A DNA stretch of 64,000 nt from Halopelagius fulvigenes (GTDB lineage: Archaea; Halobacteriota; Halobacteria; Halobacteriales; Haloferacaceae): contig NZ_JBHSXH010000015.1 of NCBI RefSeq assembly GCF_042662625.1, positions 973,909 through 1,037,908 of the forward strand, in the 5' to 3' direction. The translations under genes and the position numbers were made by a program. Of the stretch, positions 59,714-64,000 are shown piece after piece (position 1 is the first letter of the stretch; each line of letters starts with the position of its first letter). The notes beneath the pieces were generated by a model that had not been told where the DNA came from, did no database searches, and worked only from the letters and a program-made list of their open reading frames with translations.

Positions 59714-59986
59714 ATGAGCACCAGTACCGCAGAGACCACTCGCGAGGACCCCCTTTCGGAGTCGGAATTCCGCGAACGCCTCCGCGAACTCCCCCCTAGC
59801 GCGAAGCTCGTCGCCAAAGTGCTGGAGAGCGACGCGCCCCTCTCGCAGGGACAGCTCGCGGAGGAGTCTCTCCTCCCTGACCGCACCGTCCGATACGCGC
59901 TGAATCGCCTCGAAGACGCCGACCTGGTCGGTTCCCGCTACAGTTTCAAGGACGCGCGCAAGCAGGTCTACTTCCTCAACACGTAG
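59714..59986 (+). CDS. small winged-helix (MarR/TrmB-like) transcriptional regulator
   Basis: AKVLESDAPLSQGQLAEESLLPDRTVRYALNRLEDADLV. Confidence 0.55.
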   Translation: MSTSTAETTREDPLSESEFRERLRELPPSAKLVAKVLESDAPLSQGQLAEESLLPDRTVRYALNRLEDADLVGSRYSFKDARKQVYFLNT

Positions 59987-60133
59987 ACGCTCTCGCCGTC
60001 CCTTCCCAGACGCTCTCACCGAACTCCGCTACTCTCCGCCCGACCGGTCGCGGCCGCCGCGTCGGGAACGACCAAGCCACCGTCCGACGGCCGCACCGCC
60101 ACGATTTTCGCGCGACGCGTCGAACGACGAGTC

Positions 60134-60919
60134 GTGACTTCCATCCGGCGCTTCTCCGTCCCCGTCGAGACGCGTGCGCCGACGGGCGCGACGAACGCGT
60201 ACCTCCTCGGCGACGACCGCCCCCTCCTCGCGGACCCCGCGGGCCGGACCGCGGCCCTCGACGAGGCGGTCCGCGAGGCGGGCGTCGAACACGTCGCGGT
60301 CACCCACACGCACCCGGACCACGTGGGTGCCGTCGCCGACTACGCCGCGGAGACGGGCGCGACGGTGTGGGCGCGCCGCGGCCGCGAGGACCGGTTCGCC
60401 GCGGCGGCCGGCGTCGAACCCGACCGAACGTTCGCGGAGGGCGACCGACTCCCACTCGGGGCGGACGCCGCGACCGTCCTCGACGTGCCCGGTCACGCGC
60501 CGGACCACGTCGCCTTCGAGACGGACGCGGGAATCGTCGCCGGCGACCTCGTCGTCGCGGAGGGGAGCGTCGTCGTCGGCGCACCCGAGGGCGACGTTCG
60601 CGCGTACCTCGTCGCCTTACGCCGCCTGTACGCCCGGAACCCCGACCGACTGTTCCCCGGCCACGGCCCCGTCGTCGACGACCCGCGACAGACGTGCGAA
60701 CGCCTGATTCGGCACCGCCTCGACCGGGAGCGTCGCGTCCTCGACGCGGTTCGGGCGGGCGCGTCGGACGTGGACGCCGTCCTCGACGCCGCCTACGAGA
60801 AGGACCTGACGGGCGTGCGCGACCTGGCGCGGGCCACCGTCGAAGCGCACGTCGAGAAGTTGGCCGCCGAACGCCGCGTTCGCTACGACCGGGAGACGGG
60901 GCGGGTCGAACCGGTCTGA
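60134..60919 (+). CDS. MBL-fold metallo-hydrolase
   Basis: THTHPDHVG (HxHxDH), DVPGHAPDHV. Confidence 0.75.
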   Translation: MTSIRRFSVPVETRAPTGATNAYLLGDDRPLLADPAGRTAALDEAVREAGVEHVAVTHTHPDHVGAVADYAAETGATVWARRGREDRFAAAAGVEPDRTFAEGDRLPLGADAATVLDVPGHAPDHVAFETDAGIVAGDLVVAEGSVVVGAPEGDVRAYLVALRRLYARNPDRLFPGHGPVVDDPRQTCERLIRHRLDRERRVLDAVRAGASDVDAVLDAAYEKDLTGVRDLARATVEAHVEKLAAERRVRYDRETGRVEPV

Positions 60920-60979
60920 CGGGGCGGCCTCGCCGACTCGACCGAGGCGGTTTTCCCGCCGGGGCACCGACGACCGGAC

Positions 60980-61663
60980 GTGAACGACCGCGAACCGACG
61001 TTGGAGGCGGAACTCGAACGCGCCAGAGAGCTCGACGTCTCGGCCCTCGCGGACGCCATCGAGTCCATCGGCTTCGAGTGCACCCGGTGCGGCGCGTGCT
61101 GTAAGGGCCACGGCGAGGGCGACGAGAGGGAAGCCCACACGGCGACCGTCTTCCCCGACGAGGTTCGCGACCTGACCGACGCGACGGAGTACGACTTCCG
61201 CGACGCGGCCCGCCCGATGCCGTTCGGGTTGGTCGAGGGCGAGGCGGGTTTGGAAGGCGAGACGTTCGAGTGGGCGCTTCAGACGGACGCCTGCGGCGAC
61301 TGCACGTTCTACGAGGAGGACGACTCGGGGACGGGCGCGTGTCGCGTCCACGAGGACCGACCGCTCATCTGTCGGACGTACCCGTTCAGCGTCGCCCTCG
61401 GCGGGACGAGTCAACCGATGGGCGAGGCGGTCGACTCGGAGGGAATCGTCCGCGCGCACGAGTGCGAGGGCCTCGGACGCGACATCTCCCGCGAGGACGC
61501 CGAGGAGTTGGCCGCGGCGCTACGGACGCGGGCGGTGCGGGAGTTAGAGGAGGCCATCGGCGTCAGAGACGAGTTCTCGCCCGTCGAAACCGGACCGGGC
61601 GAGGTGGTCGTCCACGACTCCGAGGGCGCGAAGCGGCCCGACGGGTCGCGAATCGAGGAGTGA
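60980..61663 (+). CDS. YkgJ/UPF0153 family Cys-cluster (Fe-S or Zn-binding) protein
   Basis: CTRCGACC...CGDCTFY...CRVHEDRPLICRTYPF pattern. Confidence 0.6.
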   Translation: MNDREPTLEAELERARELDVSALADAIESIGFECTRCGACCKGHGEGDEREAHTATVFPDEVRDLTDATEYDFRDAARPMPFGLVEGEAGLEGETFEWALQTDACGDCTFYEEDDSGTGACRVHEDRPLICRTYPFSVALGGTSQPMGEAVDSEGIVRAHECEGLGRDISREDAEELAAALRTRAVRELEEAIGVRDEFSPVETGPGEVVVHDSEGAKRPDGSRIEE

Positions 61664-61711
61664 ACGCGTGTTAGCGGCGGTACACATTTAACGTTCGCTA
61701 GTGACGACAGA

Positions 61712-62125
61712 ATGGAGGTCTACACGGTGGAAATCTCAGATAAACTCCTGTGTCTGTTCAACACCGACGTGCGCGCGGAAGACGACCGATACGTGGTCGA
61801 AGTTCCCAAGCGCGAAGTCGAGGCCGGAACCGTCGAACCCGGCGAGACGTACCGCGTCGCTCTCATCTCTCGCGAAGTGACCGAAGAGGAGGAGGCGACC
61901 GAACCCAGCGGAACCTCGAGCGAACCGCAACCGCCGGTCGAGGTGGGCGAACTGCGCTACGTCGAGATAGAGGACATCGGCAAGCAGGGCGACGGCATCG
62001 CCCGCGTCGAACGGGGCTACGTCATCATCGTCCCCGGCGCACAGGTCGGGGACCGAGTCAAGATAGAGGTCACGGAAGTCAAGTCCAACTTCGCCGTCGG
62101 CGAAGTCATCGAGGAGGACTTCTAA
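61712..62125 (+). CDS. TRAM-domain protein (two TRAM-like beta-barrel halves)
   Basis: ...YVEIEDIGKQGDGIARVERGYVIIVPGAQVGDRVKIEVTEV... Confidence 0.55.
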   Translation: MEVYTVEISDKLLCLFNTDVRAEDDRYVVEVPKREVEAGTVEPGETYRVALISREVTEEEEATEPSGTSSEPQPPVEVGELRYVEIEDIGKQGDGIARVERGYVIIVPGAQVGDRVKIEVTEVKSNFAVGEVIEEDF

Positions 62126-62215
62126 CCACCTTTTTACGGTTCGGGTGCGCGAAGCGCACCGCTCGCCGTGAAAATCTGGACCAAAAAGCCGCGCCTCGCT
62201 ATCGCTCGCTCGGCG
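62126..62215 (+). repeat. Structured intergenic repeat, copy D (short subtype): TAA(stop) - CCACCTTTTTACGGTTC - GGGTGCGC-GAA-GCGCACC hairpin - GCTCGCCGTG - AAAATCTGGACCAAAAAGCCGCGCCTCGCTATCGCTCGCTCGGCGCGG
   Basis: Same stem as copy C, but the loop is the complement (GAA versus TTC). Confidence 0.7.
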
Positions 62216-62323
62216 CGGGACAACTGCGGGCGACCGGCACGGCGTCGTCTTCGGCCATCTGCGGACTCTCTCCGGTCGGACGACCGGAAACTGTTTTGTG
62301 GGATTCGAACACACCGTTGAAGT

Positions 62324-62812
62324 ATGAGTCCTCCTCGCATCGACGAGTCGCCCGGCCTACTCGCCAGATACACCCCCGATAGCCGCCGGTGGCGACGGCG
62401 AATCGCCGCCCTCGCCGCCGTCGCCGCACCCCTCGCGGCGTACGCGGCGCTGGCAATCGTCTCGGGCGTGAAGTCGGGGGCGGCGTACAACGTCCTCGTC
62501 GCCGCGTTCGGGATGCTCGCGTTGACGCTCCCGGCGGTGGCCGCGGCGTCCCTCCTCGCGCCCGACTCGGGGACGACGCCGGCGGAATCGACCGACGCCG
62601 ACGAACTCCGTTCGTCGAGCAACCGGACGGGGTCCGGCGACGCCGTGGAGGCGCTGAAAAGCCGGTACGCCGCCGGCGAGATAGGCGACGAGGAGTTCGA
62701 GCGACGCCTCGGGACGCTCGTCGCAACGGACGAAGTCGGCCTCGAAGGCTCCGCCGACGAGGGCGTCGGCCCGACGCCGCGCCCGGAAGAAGTCGAGTCG
62801 CCCCGTCGGTAG
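62324..62812 (+). CDS. membrane protein with C-terminal SHOCT domain
   Basis: Two TM helices, then ALKSRYAAGEIGDEEFERRLGTL (SHOCT motif). Confidence 0.55.
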   Translation: MSPPRIDESPGLLARYTPDSRRWRRRIAALAAVAAPLAAYAALAIVSGVKSGAAYNVLVAAFGMLALTLPAVAAASLLAPDSGTTPAESTDADELRSSSNRTGSGDAVEALKSRYAAGEIGDEEFERRLGTLVATDEVGLEGSADEGVGPTPRPEEVESPRR

Positions 62813-62843
62813 TCCTCGCGGCGATTCGACGGCCCGGCGGCGG

Positions 62844-64000
62844 TCAGTCCGCCCGGCGTTCGACCGGGTACCCGTCCGTGAACTTCGAGAGGTCCACCTC
62901 CGAGACGTTCACCTCGTCCGCCGAGGCGTACGGCCGGTCGATGACGATGTCGCCCGCGGTTCGCTTGCCGATGCCGGGGATGGCCGTCAGTTCGTCCATC
63001 GACGCCTCGTTCGGGTCGAGGGGGTGCGGCACGCCAGTCACCGACCGGTAGCCGTGGTCTACGACTGACACGTCGATGGTTCGGCCGAGTTCGCGTTCGC
63101 CCGGGATGCCCACGAGGAGGGGGTAGGTGCCGAGTTGCCGGCCGAACGTCCTGCCGTCCTGGTGGTATTCGAGGTGGACGTTCGGGAGCACCGTCCCCAC
63201 CGGGGCGAGGCGTTCGAGCATCGGCCGGTCTATCTCCTCGCGAACCTCGCGTTTGTACTGCTGGAACAGTTTCTTGTGGTCCTTCGCGATGTCCGCGCCG
63301 GAGTCGGCCATCTCGGTGCCCTCGAACGCCATCACCTGCCGGATGTTGATGCGGCGGACCATCAGACCGGCGTCGTAGACGCGTTGGAGGAACCGCTTGT
63401 TGTGCTCGAACGTCTCCTCGCGTTCGGCCTTCAGGCCGTGCAGCAGGTTGATTCCGGGCAGGAGTTTCGGCAGGCGGTTCGTCGCGTCGGGGCCGTGCGT
63501 CGGCGCGTCCGCGGGGTCCTCGCCCGGCCGCCATCCGGCCTCCTCGTTGACTATCTCGACCGCCTCGAAGCACTGGTCGGCGGTGACGTTGAGCGTGTTC
63601 GCCTCCTGCACCACGGGGTCGGCGGATTCGAGGCCGAACGCGGCGGTGTCGCCCGGCGTGTTGTGTTCGGCGATGATGCGGATGCACTCGCGGGACTTCT
63701 CGGGCCACTTCACCACCGTGATGGGGTTCATGTTGTCGAGGTGGAGCGTCTCTAAGTTCGGAGCCACCTCGCGGATGCCGCCGTAGAGTCGGCGGAGGGC
63801 GTCGGGGTTCGGCGCTTCGCCGTCGCCGCCGAACGCGAGGATGTCCGCCTGTCGCCCGAGTCGGAAGTGCTTCGCGCCGCGGTTCGAGAGGTTCTCCACC
63901 TCCTTGACGACGGAGTCGGCCGACCGGAACGCCGGGTTCCCGTACATCGGTTCCGTGCAGAACGAACACCGGTAGGCACAGCCGCGTGACGTCTCCATCT
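62844..64000 (-). CDS. radical SAM protein with C-terminal helix-hairpin-helix; 5' part lies beyond the window end
   Basis: CAYRCSFC (CxxxCxxC) sits only ~6 codons from the window edge, so the N-terminal domain must lie beyond 64000. HhH near the C-terminus (LTAIPGIGKRTAGDIV). Confidence 0.7.
   Translation of the reverse strand, partial: METSRGCAYRCSFCTEPMYGNPAFRSADSVVKEVENLSNRGAKHFRLGRQADILAFGGDGEAPNPDALRRLYGGIREVAPNLETLHLDNMNPITVVKWPEKSRECIRIIAEHNTPGDTAAFGLESADPVVQEANTLNVTADQCFEAVEIVNEEAGWRPGEDPADAPTHGPDATNRLPKLLPGINLLHGLKAEREETFEHNKRFLQRVYDAGLMVRRINIRQVMAFEGTEMADSGADIAKDHKKLFQQYKREVREEIDRPMLERLAPVGTVLPNVHLEYHQDGRTFGRQLGTYPLLVGIPGERELGRTIDVSVVDHGYRSVTGVPHPLDPNEASMDELTAIPGIGKRTAGDIVIDRPYASADEVNVSEVDLSKFTDGYPVERRAD

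Noticed and set aside
62285-62306. tRNA T-loop-like string (reverse complement GGTGTGTTCGAATCCCAC) that could mark a tRNA or an att-site remnant
   Set aside because: The flanking bases cannot form a T-stem or the rest of a cloverleaf. The 5' side would lie inside the SHOCT-protein CDS. Likely chance similarity.

Overview
Window is a high-GC (~68%) haloarchaeal chromosomal segment, Halobacterium-like in gene content and order, with acidic proteomes, leaderless-type promoters and a Tat signal on halocyanin. In the other frames of almost every real gene the ORF track shows Arg-rich alternate-frame ORFs that are GC artefacts; I ignored them. Content is dense and mostly housekeeping: S9 and M42 peptidases, halocyanin, ether-lipid G1P dehydrogenase, a DtxR/MntR-family regulator with a UPF0016 exporter, thrC, ppsA, mfnA, metG, pyruvate kinase, a cell-envelope cluster (N-glycosylated surface protein, Mrr-fold membrane protein, NfeD-stomatin, AglD-like GT2), TFB, the archaeal-variant shikimate genes (aroD, aroB', aroA') contiguous with trpCBA, LonB, a thermosome subunit, nadM, and assorted small regulators. 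No rRNA, tRNA, CRISPR array, integrase or transposase was found. Things the gene list does not explain: (1) a ~0.9 kb low-GC (~45%) island beside the thermosome gene encoding an orphan membrane protein with non-halophilic composition; (2) a four-copy family of structured intergenic elements (stop codon - CCACCTTTTT - GC hairpin - AAAATCTGGACCAAAAAGGCCGCG arm) that always abuts a gene's stop codon; (3) TrmB-type TACT-N7-GAGTA motifs at the ppsA and pyk promoters; (4) a -1 frameshift inside a large surface glycoprotein gene; (5) an ~800 bp gene-free stretch inside the aro cluster; (6) an MGMT-fold protein with Asp replacing the acceptor Cys.
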